Shown: piece after piece, positions 9,201 through 15,541 of the stretch
Layout: every line of letters begins with the position of its first letter
How positions within the stretch are numbered: position 1 is the first letter of the stretch
NCBI GenBank assembly: GCA_965230925.1
Contig: OZ246403.1
Coordinates: 3,367 to 67,366 of the forward strand
Origin: an uncultured Candidatus Saccharibacteria bacterium
Lineage (GTDB): Bacteria > Patescibacteriota > Minisyncoccia > Phycocordibacterales > JACOZG01
Direction of reading: 5' to 3'
DNA length: 64,000 bases
Made by a program: the position numbers and the translations under genes
Notes under the pieces: model-generated
Seen by the model: the letters and a program-made list of their open reading frames with translations, nothing else
What the model was told of the DNA's origin: nothing
Database searches by the model: none

Positions 9201-10894
9201 CCAATGAGGCCGTGACGGGTACGGGTATTTACAACACCCTCCAGTCTACTGTTGTCAATGGGGTGGTTGGCCAGACAAATTATGGTATTTATAATACGGT
9301 ATCAAAAACTGGAAACGATACTGCTGGTGCGACAGAAACCTACGGTATAGCCAGTTTGGCTTCAAATACTGGTTCTAGTGCGGGTACTAAAAATACTTAT
9401 GGCGGTTACTTCTCGGCTACTGGTAGCACTGGTGGCTCAGCGGTTACTTATGGTCTCTATTCTACCGCATCGGGAGGTGATTTAAATTATGCTGGATACT
9501 TCGATGCGGGTGACGTTGCTGTTGTTACAGGTAATTTATATGTGAGTGCTGGTAATTCCATTGTGACATCTGGAAAATTTGGCGTGGGGAGTAGTACCCC
9601 GTACGCCACGATCTCAGTCACCAATACTGGTTCTGGACCTTCTCTCGTGGTTGAAGACTCAACATCACCTGACACCACACCTTTTATCATTACCGCCGCT
9701 GGTGATGTGGGTATTGGCACCACTACTCCTTGGCGTAAGTTCTCAGTTGACGGCACAGTGAGCTTTCTTAACTTGACCAGCAATACTGGTGCTGTTACCG
9801 CTTCTATTTGTCTTGATTCTAATAATCAGGTAACTCGTAACACGCAAAACGAGACCTGTGTTGCTTCTTCACAACGATTTAAACACAATATTGAGTCGCT
9901 CCCAGAAGGATCAGGTTTGGCGGACCTCATGGACTTGAGACCGGTAACCTTTGAGTATAATGATCCTAATTTAGCTGGTATCCGGTATGGTTTTATTGCT
10001 GAAGAAGTTGAGCAAGTGGATGACCTTTTGGTTGGTTACGATAATGACGGTTTGGTCCACAGCGTGCGGCATTTAAGCATGATTCCATTAATGACCCAGG
10101 CCATTCAGGAGTTGAAGGGTCAGGTAGATATTCTTCAGTTGCAAATTGATGGCGGTGGAGTGGCTGGCTTAGCGCTTAATGCTCCACTCCAAACCAGCCA
10201 GCTAACCGTTGGCGAAATTGTGGCGCTTGATGGGCAAAAAATTACTTTCAATAACGACGTGGTGTTGCTCGGGCGACCGTACTTTAACTCTGATACTGGT
10301 GGCTTCGCCGAGATTGCGGAGGGTGATAAGGAGGTCGATGTGACTTTTGACGAAGAATATTCTGAAGATCCTGTAGTAAATGTAACACTCGCGGCGGATG
10401 AGAATGATGAAGAAGAAATTTTTGACGCTGATATTCGTTACTTGGTGACCGAGAAGGGAACTACTGGCTTTACGATTAAGCTCAACAAAAATGCGCCGGA
10501 GAAATTGATGTTTAACTGGATTGCTCTCGCGGTGAAGGACGCGAAAACTTTCCACTCGGAAATGATTGAGGGGCTCACCTTGCCAAGTGATGACAACGAC
10601 AACAATGGTAGTGGTGGTGGTAATAATGAAGAACAGAATGAAAATAATAATGAGGAAAGCCAAAATGATCAGAGTGAGCCCGAGCCGCCTGTTGATGAGA
10701 CAAATGATGAGCCTGTTGATGAGCCGAGCGATGAACCCGAACCCCCGACAGATGAACCAGAACCCCCTGCTGACGAGCCCGCAGATGATGAAGAAGTGAG
10801 CGAGTCGGAACCACCAGCCGAAGAAGTGGAAAATTCTGACGATTCAGGTGATAATGGCGGATCAGAAGAACCAGCTGAACCAGAAAATCCATGA
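248..10894 (+). CDS. Giant (3548 aa) secreted Ser/Thr/Gly-rich trimeric fibre/adhesin with phage tail-fibre-like repeats, peptidase S74 intramolecular chaperone and acidic Pro-rich tail
   Basis: Signal peptide; N-terminal ISYQGRL domain; repeated ASSSLFSNTGTAYFGGTATSTF and GNVGIGTxxP motifs; two DAAxKxYVD...RVLVKNQST..QNGIY domains; S74 signature SSQRFKHNI..LRPVTFEY..YGFIAEEV..LMTQAIQEL at about 9866-10120; E/D/P tail. Confidence 0.85.
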   Translation: MRKSRLFLYLVIFSFIFSSIFPTALAQGVPTVISYQGRLADSSGNLLGGSGTTYYFKFSIWDNATVGSGSQLYPSSSPSSVSATVRQGVFTTSIDVSGYNFNREDAVYLQVEASSDNSTFQTLSPRQRVTASAFAELAGAVSGTGSSSFGTTTPITNSQVTVEATTTTAIPLALRGASGQTANLFQIQNASASNLFYVNSSGAVFASSTLQVAATTTIYSDLVLSGTTKFNGNTYTWPSSIGAGNFLQTDASGNLTWASTGASAGGWTDGGTTVSPTASTDLISFTQGSSTMFSVLENAYFGRTATSTFDSAGNLNLASTGEYYIGGTNVLDATTLGSSVLASSLTSVGTLSSLAVSGLSTLTGGIFTNNATSTITNLTTVNATSTNATTTRLAITGLATPAGTFLAVNPNGQVIATTTPSGSGSVSSVSNANGTLTISPTTGAVVASLNLGNANTWTALQSFSSASSSLFSNTGTAYFGGTATSTFNSAGALTLASALAVTSGGTGATSLDNLITLGTHTTGNYLATLTNAGGLTVANSGSETAGVTIAIDTANPNTWTGLQQFTAASTTRLSVYGPSYFGGTATSTFDTAGNLNLASGAAYSINGTSVLNANTLGSGITASSLTSLGTLSSLSASGLSTLTGGILANNSTSTITNLTMVNSTSTNATTTNLAISGLATAAGTFLAVNPNGQVIATTTPTSGIITIEENNSTVTSSATVIDFLGADFTVTGASGEGDVAIDYANSGITRVGQNETVTGSWTLSGLTTMARASSSLFSNTGTAYFGGTATSTFDSAGILTLINSGLHVFDTNASHDLIITPGSDLTADRILTITTGDSARTLTLTGDTSLTGTNSGDVTLAGTPDYITISGQVITRGTIDIGDDTNLAATYPLILTGDTLSSALATTSSNTWAGTQTFNDIVVTDATTTSFTVGTDYLTDITGGGLTLSANALTVDDVTPTMLQSADFGDFTCNGTSCALDSDSITLATDTTGNYVATLSSSGSITVANSGSENAAVTANLNMGNANTWTALQSFSNASSSLFSNTGTAYFGGTATSSFSSTGALTLASALGIASGGTNNTSFSNNSLLFYNGTSIVSTSTSPLYVGAIVATSTTATTTISTGGLAVATNKLVVQQTSGNVGIGTASPTTGLDVDVASDFSGDVTVSGGSTLTISSTGAINQTGSGQVTFAGNVDATNGLDVTNANFTVGGNKLTVAPATGNTAVAGTIAVTGAAAASSTLQVTGATRLYSTLTTDGALTASAAGTGLSVTNNASVGGTLAVTGAATLSNNLAVTGTLSAAATTLSGNLAMGSNRITGLANPSSDNDAANKTYVDSIAQGLSLKDSVRVGTTANITLSGEQTIDGVSVVAGNRVLVKNQSTASQNGIYTAASGAWSRSTDADESSEVTAGMFTFITEGSTNANSGWVLTTTGTITLGSTSLSFTQFSGAGSIIAGTGMTKSGNTLDVAGTTDRITANADSIDIASTYVGQASITTTGALSSGSIGSSFGAIDIGADALTAGAISGTNVSASGNLAITGTSAFTGNVTMSGTLAVATTTLSGDIVMSGKKITGLADPSSAQEAATKAYVDSVAQGLTVKEAARGASTANLTLSGEQTVDGVALVAGDRILVKNQSTGSQNGIYVVASGAWSRSSDANENGEIASGMYVFVSSGTTQANTGWSLTTTGSITIDSTSLAFTQFSGSTDITAGAGLTKTGTTIDIVGTANRITVAADAIDIAATYVGQSSITTTGALVSGSIASGFGNINIGASTLAAGESTFATTTSFGDVAIGRTATTTIKGNSATSTFSGGISLAAGNLNLATGGSYLINNINILNATTLGSSVVSSSLTGVGTLASGAISAGFGAIDIGADTLAAGATTLTTLSASGLSTLTGGILANNATSTITNLTMVNATTTSATTTNFAISGLATAAGTLLAVDPNGRVVATSTPQGTVTSVSNSNGTLTISPTTGAVVASLNLGNANTWTALQTFSSGLLSTSSSTITSLTMVNSTSTSATTTNLAISGLATAAGTFLAVNPNGQVIATTTPTSGIITIEENNSTVTSSATVIDFLGADFTVTGASGEGDIAIDYANSGITRVGQNETVTGAWTFSGLSSFARASSTLFSNTGTAYFGGTATSTFDSSGVLTLVNSGLHLFDTNSSHDLIITPGSDLTADRILTITTGDSARTLTLTGDTSLTGTNTGDVTLAGTPDYITISGQVITRNTIDIGDDTNLAATYPLILTGDTLSSALATTSSNTWAGTQTFNDIVVTDATTTSLTVGTDYLTDITGGGLTLSGNALTVDDVTPTMLQSADFGDFTCNGTTCSLDNDTVAEAELDLSAVTLNDFTNDAGFVTTSGANTWTSLQQFARASSTMLSVYGPAYFGATATSSFDTAGNLNLASGAAYSIAGASVLNATTLGSNVVASSLTSVGALNGGSITSGFGAIDIGTDGFTGGNLTLSATGTAISLGVGSTTPWGRFSVELDTYNPAMVVANQGSSSPAFYIGGVNQNGRIGIGTKTPNDMLEVSGNIALTDDGTAKTIGIYQGSFGTDLTVRASDSGDITAGHLNLTAGSAGGGTGGNVNITSGNGFAGSDGSINLSAPTTGGAVNIVGQIMNIGSAGVKITADGDGALTLLGLGDGSDENLVINFDDTANEIDITSSTGVTRVDYNSLIIESGALQVDTAATGVNIDTDGDGMLILLGTSTGADEDLRINLDDTANVIEFTSTTGATEARFSSIGLLSTASSTIGAGGVTTGLTVSGTATTTLDVVVLGQDIQLGSAGVKMTDDGDGAITFLGLGNGNDESLTLNLDDTSNQAVWTTGTSISLWDLQSMGLNALELSVGTTSPWGDLSVEMDTDSPSFVVANQGSTTPAFFIGGVNANGKIGIGTASPSAILDITGDVVQTFTGTTGDAHTITASSLTTGSALVLTGPSATDEGVDDALLKLVGNVENVASGGGLFSSTATLETNSGTVGNNVYVSTVNSNEAVTGTGIYNTLQSTVVNGVVGQTNYGIYNTVSKTGNDTAGATETYGIASLASNTGSSAGTKNTYGGYFSATGSTGGSAVTYGLYSTASGGDLNYAGYFDAGDVAVVTGNLYVSAGNSIVTSGKFGVGSSTPYATISVTNTGSGPSLVVEDSTSPDTTPFIITAAGDVGIGTTTPWRKFSVDGTVSFLNLTSNTGAVTASICLDSNNQVTRNTQNETCVASSQRFKHNIESLPEGSGLADLMDLRPVTFEYNDPNLAGIRYGFIAEEVEQVDDLLVGYDNDGLVHSVRHLSMIPLMTQAIQELKGQVDILQLQIDGGGVAGLALNAPLQTSQLTVGEIVALDGQKITFNNDVVLLGRPYFNSDTGGFAEIAEGDKEVDVTFDEEYSEDPVVNVTLAADENDEEEIFDADIRYLVTEKGTTGFTIKLNKNAPEKLMFNWIALAVKDAKTFHSEMIEGLTLPSDDNDNNGSGGGNNEEQNENNNEESQNDQSEPEPPVDETNDEPVDEPSDEPEPPTDEPEPPADEPADDEEVSESEPPAEEVENSDDSGDNGGSEEPAEPENP
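2210..7231 (+). repeat. Long intragenic duplication, 2210-3190 and 6251-7231 (981 bp, 327 aa each)
   Basis: Both copies run from ITxLTMVNSTST to DFGDFTCNGTxCxLD, are the same length, have near-identical protein sequence and show many synonymous differences. Confidence 0.9.
4178..5560 (+). repeat. Tandem pair of phage tail-fibre-like domains, period 762 bp
   Basis: MGSNRITGLANPSSDNDAANKTYVDS.. at 4178 and MSGKKITGLADPSSAQEAATKAYVDS.. at 4940. Each is followed by TLSGEQTxDGV..RxLVKNQST.SQNGIY..GAWSRS.DA..W.LTT.G.IT..FTQFSG. Confidence 0.85.
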
Positions 10895-11250
10895 AAAAGC
10901 GTTTAATCATTATTATAGTAATCCTTATAATTATCGCTGCAGGGGCCTACTTTCTGAGCGGTTTCTTTAAGGTTGAGGTTAGTTCTGACTCGGTGGCAGC
11001 CACGGCGAATGAGTCTCGCGGTATTGTGGAGCGGGTGAGCAAACTAGTGATTTTGCCTGAGGGTGAGAACCCGGTGGTGGCCACAGTCAATGATCTCCGA
11101 CCGCTCGCGGATAAACCCTTTTTCAAGAACGCGAAAGTGGGTTACAAACTTCTTATTTACGAGAAGGCGGGGCGCGGTGTTCTCTATGATCCAGTAAAAA
11201 ACAGGGTGGTAGAGATGGCCAGCATTAGTCTTGGCAAATTGCCAGAATAG
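10891..11250 (+). CDS. Small N-terminally anchored membrane protein (CPR-type hypothetical)
   Basis: ATGA overlap with the fibre stop codon; N-terminal TM helix; PVVATV..PFFKNAKVG..LIY..LYDP motif. Confidence 0.75.
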   Translation: MKKRLIIIIVILIIIAAGAYFLSGFFKVEVSSDSVAATANESRGIVERVSKLVILPEGENPVVATVNDLRPLADKPFFKNAKVGYKLLIYEKAGRGVLYDPVKNRVVEMASISLGKLPE

Positions 11251-11266
11251 TTTAAAATATCAAACC

Positions 11267-11725
11267 ATGGAAACAGAAACAATAGAAATTAAAAAGAAGG
11301 GAGGGAATGTGTGGTGGGTCATTTTATTAATCGTCATTTTGGTGCTCCTCGCTGGTTGGTGGTGGAAAACGGACGGTAATTTGTTTTCTTCCTCAGTCTC
11401 CAGTAATTATCAGGCGGTATTCTTGAGCAATAATCAAGTGTATTTTGGTAAATTAAGCGATCAGAATTCGCGCTACCCCAAGCTCACTGATATTTACTAT
11501 TTGCAGGTGCCGCAATCACTCCAACCCGGTCAGTCAAACAACAATATTAATCTCGTGAAGCTCGGCAGTGAGCTACATGGTCCCGCTGATAAAATGGAAA
11601 TTAATCGCGACCACATCCTTTTTGTCGAGGATCTCAAGACAGACTCCCAAGTTGTTCAAGCTATTGAGCAATATAAGAAAAATCAAGCTACCACTCCCGC
11701 TCCTGCTACCCCTGCCGGTAACTAA
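11267..11725 (+). CDS. Membrane-anchored conserved hypothetical protein (CPR-type)
   Basis: ATG at 11267; one TM helix; YQAVFLSNNQVYFGKL..IYYLQ..LVKLGSELHGP..INRDHILF motif. Confidence 0.75.
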   Translation: METETIEIKKKGGNVWWVILLIVILVLLAGWWWKTDGNLFSSSVSSNYQAVFLSNNQVYFGKLSDQNSRYPKLTDIYYLQVPQSLQPGQSNNNINLVKLGSELHGPADKMEINRDHILFVEDLKTDSQVVQAIEQYKKNQATTPAPATPAGN

Positions 11726-11743
11726 AATCTAGATTTGAGGCAA

Positions 11744-11779
11744 AACAAAAACCCCGAGCGTAACCTCGGGGTTTTTGTT
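11744..11779. terminator. Bidirectional intrinsic terminator
   Basis: AACAAAAACCCCGAG-cgtaac-CTCGGGGTTTTTGTT, a perfect inverted repeat. Confidence 0.85.
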
Positions 11780-11787
11780 ACAATTTA

Positions 11788-13104
11788 ATGGCAAAGGTGA
11801 CAAGGAGATTAATAAGTGTTTTTTCAGTCGTTGCGATTCTGGCAATTTTTTCTGTCAGTTTTCGCTTTGGTTTCGCTGAAGAGTTTACTTCTTCCAGTTT
11901 TCGCGTGCTTGATCCGGTGCTGGCGCCGTCTGGTTTTTCGAGTTCAACCAGCTTTCAATTGTTTTCTAGCTTAGCTGAACTCGCCATTGGCACGAGCACT
12001 GCCTCAAGTTTTACCCTTGGTTCTGGTTTCTTGCTTTTCCCACAAGTTGATACGCCCGCTGTCTCGGCCACGGCCGGTGCGCAGCAAGTGGCGCTCTCTT
12101 GGACAGCCTCGACCGGTTACCTCGGTTGGACGGTAAATGGTTACGATGTGGGTCAGGCCACGGTTTCTGGTGGGCCGTATTCTTACACCTCGCTCGGAAA
12201 TGTTTTGAGTTCCACTCGCACTGGTCTTACCGCGAGCGTGCCTTATTACTTTGTGATTCGCCCCCTTGATGTCTTTGGTAATGCTCTTGCCACCTCCACT
12301 GAGGTTACGGCTACACCCACAGCATCTTCGGGTGGTGGCGGAGGTGGTGGGGGCGGCGGTAGCAGTAGCGATACGGAAGTGATTTTAATCGGTCGTGCTT
12401 ACCCGCTTAGCCGTGTAACCGTGCTAAAAGATGGTCAAGTTGCAATCACCACCATTGCGGGTCCGGATGCCAAGTTTAATATTACTGTTGGCGATCTTAA
12501 TGCTGGTAGCTATATCTTTGCTGTGTATGCTGAAGATGAAGCGGGTCGCCGTTCAAGTTTGTTTACTTTTCCGCTCACGCTGACAAATGGTGCTTCAACC
12601 CAAATTAGCGGCATTTTTCTCGCGCCTACGATCGCGGTTGATAAGTCTGAAGTGAAGCAGGGCGATAATATTGCGATCTTTGGTCAGGCTCAAGCGACTT
12701 CAAGTGTGACCATTGCCGTAAATTCACTACAACCTTTCTTTGCTACTACCACCGCTGATGTTGATGGTGTTTATCTTTATAATTTCGACACCGTTGTGTT
12801 GGAGCTCGGCGATCACAGCACCAAGGCTAAGTCGACAGTGGGGAATGAGATTTCTTCTTTCAGCCAAACCGTGGCCTTTAAGGTTGGCGATCAAAACGTG
12901 CTTCCCACGCCCGGCGCTTGCCCGGCGAAGGCTGATCTCAATAATGATTGCCGAGTGAACCTTGTCGACTTCTCCATCGCGGCGTATTGGTATCACCGGC
13001 CGCTCTCGGTTGATTTTGCAGTTAAGGAGAAGGATAAATTAAATGGCGACAATCAGATAAACTTGGTCGACTTTAGTATCATGGCGTATTATTGGACGGG
13101 TTAA
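11788..13104 (+). CDS. Secreted FN3/Ig-like protein with C-terminal dockerin-like domain
   Basis: Signal peptide; FN3-like VALSW..GY..L...PYYFVI; poly-Gly linker; Ig-like domains; duplicated Ca-binding motif DLNNDCRVNLVDFSI / KLNGDNQINLVDFSI. Confidence 0.75.
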   Translation: MAKVTRRLISVFSVVAILAIFSVSFRFGFAEEFTSSSFRVLDPVLAPSGFSSSTSFQLFSSLAELAIGTSTASSFTLGSGFLLFPQVDTPAVSATAGAQQVALSWTASTGYLGWTVNGYDVGQATVSGGPYSYTSLGNVLSSTRTGLTASVPYYFVIRPLDVFGNALATSTEVTATPTASSGGGGGGGGGGSSSDTEVILIGRAYPLSRVTVLKDGQVAITTIAGPDAKFNITVGDLNAGSYIFAVYAEDEAGRRSSLFTFPLTLTNGASTQISGIFLAPTIAVDKSEVKQGDNIAIFGQAQATSSVTIAVNSLQPFFATTTADVDGVYLYNFDTVVLELGDHSTKAKSTVGNEISSFSQTVAFKVGDQNVLPTPGACPAKADLNNDCRVNLVDFSIAAYWYHRPLSVDFAVKEKDKLNGDNQINLVDFSIMAYYWTG

Positions 13105-13106
13105 AC

Positions 13107-13856
13107 ATGGCAAAACTTTATTTTATTGAAGAAAATGGTTTGGTAAAACTGCTTCTCGATTCGCCTAACGAGAAGGTTAACTCTGTGGCTGGAGAAATTA
13201 CTTTGTCGGCAGGGACGGAGGTGCGCCAAGTACTTGAAGCTAATTCACTTATTAACTTCTGGTTAGACAAACCGGCAGTTAAAGAAAATAAAATAATTTT
13301 TTCTGGCATTATTCCGGGTGGTTATCAGGGTGCCGGTGGGCAAATTTTGAGTTTTTCTTGGCAGCCGCTACCAAATGTGCGCCTCTCTCGGGTGGAAGCC
13401 ACAATTGATGAAGAGCAAGTTCTTCTGCATGACGGTGTGGGTACGCCGGCTAAATTGCTGGTTGAACCACTCGTTTTATCAAGTGTTTCCGCTGCGGCAG
13501 AAGAATTAAATGATGAAATTCCACCGGAAACATTTACTCCGCTTATTTCCTCTGATCCCGCCCTTTTCGACGGACAAAAGTTTTTGGTTTTTCAAACTCA
13601 AGACAAGCAATCTGGTATTGATTACTACGAGGTTAAGGAAGGTCGCGGTGAGTGGTTGCGCGTTGAGAGTCCGTATCTTTTGCCGGATCAAACGGTGGCT
13701 GAGAGAATTTTGGTAAAAGCCGTTGATTTGGCGGGCAATGAACGAGTTGTCACAGCGTTTTCCCCCAGCGTCTCGTATCTTTATTATATCGGTGGCGGTA
13801 TAATTGTTTTGGTCCTATGTCTCATCGCGTGGAAAAAATTGTTTTCTCGTTCTTAA
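13107..13856 (+). CDS. Cohesin-like domain protein with C-terminal TM anchor
   Basis: VNSVAGEI..SLINFW..P..IIFSGIIPGGY..LLHDGVGT cohesin-like pattern; D..SGIDYYEV and VKAVDLAGN Ig-like segment; C-terminal TM helix. Confidence 0.65.
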   Translation: MAKLYFIEENGLVKLLLDSPNEKVNSVAGEITLSAGTEVRQVLEANSLINFWLDKPAVKENKIIFSGIIPGGYQGAGGQILSFSWQPLPNVRLSRVEATIDEEQVLLHDGVGTPAKLLVEPLVLSSVSAAAEELNDEIPPETFTPLISSDPALFDGQKFLVFQTQDKQSGIDYYEVKEGRGEWLRVESPYLLPDQTVAERILVKAVDLAGNERVVTAFSPSVSYLYYIGGGIIVLVLCLIAWKKLFSRS

Positions 13857-15532
13857 TTGCGTTAGCTGTTTTTCTTCCGGCGCAACTTTTCGCGGCCACT
13901 CTTTCTGTTTCCCCACCAAGTGGAGCGTATTCTGTGGGGCAACTTTTTTCTGTTCAGGTAAATGCGGGTAGTAGCGATAAGGCGCTAAATGCCATTGCGG
14001 GCACACTCAGCTTCCCGGCCGATACGCTTGAGGCCGTGGCGGTTAATAAAACAAACTCCATCCTTTCTTATTGGGTGACTGAGCCGGTGATTACTAATAC
14101 AACCGGGACGGTTAAGTTTGAGGGCGTGGTGCCAAATCCTGGTTTTATTGGTCCTACTGGCCAAGCTGTTAGTATTACTTTCCGCGGCAAGAAGCCGGGC
14201 AGTGCGCCCATTACTTTTGCCAGTGGTTCTATCCTCGCCAATGATGGCGCGGGGACCGAGATTCTTAGTGGTATGTCGGGCGCCACGTTTACTATTGTGG
14301 GCACTCCGGTGCCTCCACCGCCGGTAATTCCTGCCGTGACACGAGTGCCGGCGGCGCCCAAGGTAACTTCAAGTACTCATCCTGATCCTGAGGTTTGGTA
14401 TGCAAGCAGTGCGCCCGCTTTTGCTTGGTCGCTTGGCGCCGATATTGATGGGGTCAACTTTGTGGGTGATAAGATTGCCGACAATAATCCGGGCACTAAG
14501 TCCGATGGTCTGATCTCGAAGTATCAATACGACGATGTGTCTGATGGACAGTGGTATTTCCATCTCCGTCTGCGCAATGCTGCTGGTTGGGGCGAGATTA
14601 CCCACTTTGGCTTCAAGATCGACACAACGAAGCCGGAACAATTTGAGGCAAGTCTCTTACCGCGTCAGGATGCTGGTGAGACCGAGCTTGGTGTTTTGGT
14701 GGCCGCCAGCGATAAAACCTCCGGAATTGACCACTACGAATTTAGTCTAGACGGCAGTGAGGCGGTAATTTGGGAAGATGATGGTAATCATTTATATCGA
14801 TTTAATGCTTTGCCAGGTAACCGCACCCTTATTGCTCGTGCCGTAGACAAGGCGGGGAATTATTTGGAGAAAGAACTTACGTTTACAGTAGACGGTTTAA
14901 CGCCGCCAGTGCTTGATCCTTTGCCGCCAGAATTGCCATATGGCGACACCTTAGGCATTACCGGTAGCACATACCCTAATCTCGAGGTGTATCTCACGGT
15001 CGCTGGTGAGAGAGGTGAGAAGTATGATTACCGCCTCTCAAGTGATCCGCTTGGTAAATTCTCGCTCGCGGTGGAGCAGAAGTTGAAGGAAGGAGAATAT
15101 CGCGTGAGCGCTTTTGTCATGAACGATCGCGGTTTGAGAAGCGACAATAGCGCGCCGGTAATTGTGAAAGTTAAACTCTCTTCATTTTGGAAGCTGAGCC
15201 TTATCACCACCAATGTGCTGGCGGTTACTATACCCATTCTTGCTCTCCTGCTCCTCCTGTTCTTCTTAATTTGGTATGCTTGGCACAAAATGCGAGCCTT
15301 TAAGAAACGATTACGCAAAGAGACGCGTGAGGCGGAGCAAGCTCTACATCAAGCCTTCGATCTCTTGCGAACTGATTTAGTAGAAGGGGTTGATCGTTTG
15401 GAAACGGCTGGCGATAAACGCGAGTTAACCCGCGATGAAAAAGCTTTGCTCCGCCAATTCCGCAAATCGCTCGACGAAGCCGAAAAATTCGTCCGCAAAG
15501 AAATTATGGACATCGAGAAGGAGGTAGATTAG
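13817..15532 (+). CDS. Cohesin-domain surface protein with Ig-like repeats, TM helix and cytoplasmic coiled coil
   Basis: Signal peptide; LNAIAGTLSFP..SILSYW..FEG.VPNPGF..ILANDGAGT; SSTHPD..WY; RAVDKAGN; TM helix followed by a charged helical tail. Confidence 0.75.
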   Translation: MSHRVEKIVFSFLIALAVFLPAQLFAATLSVSPPSGAYSVGQLFSVQVNAGSSDKALNAIAGTLSFPADTLEAVAVNKTNSILSYWVTEPVITNTTGTVKFEGVVPNPGFIGPTGQAVSITFRGKKPGSAPITFASGSILANDGAGTEILSGMSGATFTIVGTPVPPPPVIPAVTRVPAAPKVTSSTHPDPEVWYASSAPAFAWSLGADIDGVNFVGDKIADNNPGTKSDGLISKYQYDDVSDGQWYFHLRLRNAAGWGEITHFGFKIDTTKPEQFEASLLPRQDAGETELGVLVAASDKTSGIDHYEFSLDGSEAVIWEDDGNHLYRFNALPGNRTLIARAVDKAGNYLEKELTFTVDGLTPPVLDPLPPELPYGDTLGITGSTYPNLEVYLTVAGERGEKYDYRLSSDPLGKFSLAVEQKLKEGEYRVSAFVMNDRGLRSDNSAPVIVKVKLSSFWKLSLITTNVLAVTIPILALLLLLFFLIWYAWHKMRAFKKRLRKETREAEQALHQAFDLLRTDLVEGVDRLETAGDKRELTRDEKALLRQFRKSLDEAEKFVRKEIMDIEKEVD

Positions 15533-15541
15533 AGTTAGTTA

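Noticed and set aside
99-10894. Prophage or genomic island integrated at tRNA-Leu
   Set aside because: I saw no integrase, no duplicated tRNA 3' end and no capsid/terminase/portal genes. The fibre has a Sec signal peptide.
248-10894. Diversity-generating retroelement acting on the fibre repeats
   Set aside because: There is no reverse transcriptase in the window, and the repeat copies differ mostly at synonymous positions rather than specifically at adenines.
375-10910. Numerous short alternative-frame and antisense ORFs inside the fibre gene (likewise in 54692-59992)
   Set aside because: They are shadows of repetitive Thr/Ser/Gly/Ala codons, with no independent motifs or expression signals.
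12331-12369. GGT/GGC-rich run as a phase-variable or G-quadruplex element
   Set aside because: It is explained as an in-frame poly-Gly/Ser linker with mixed codons.
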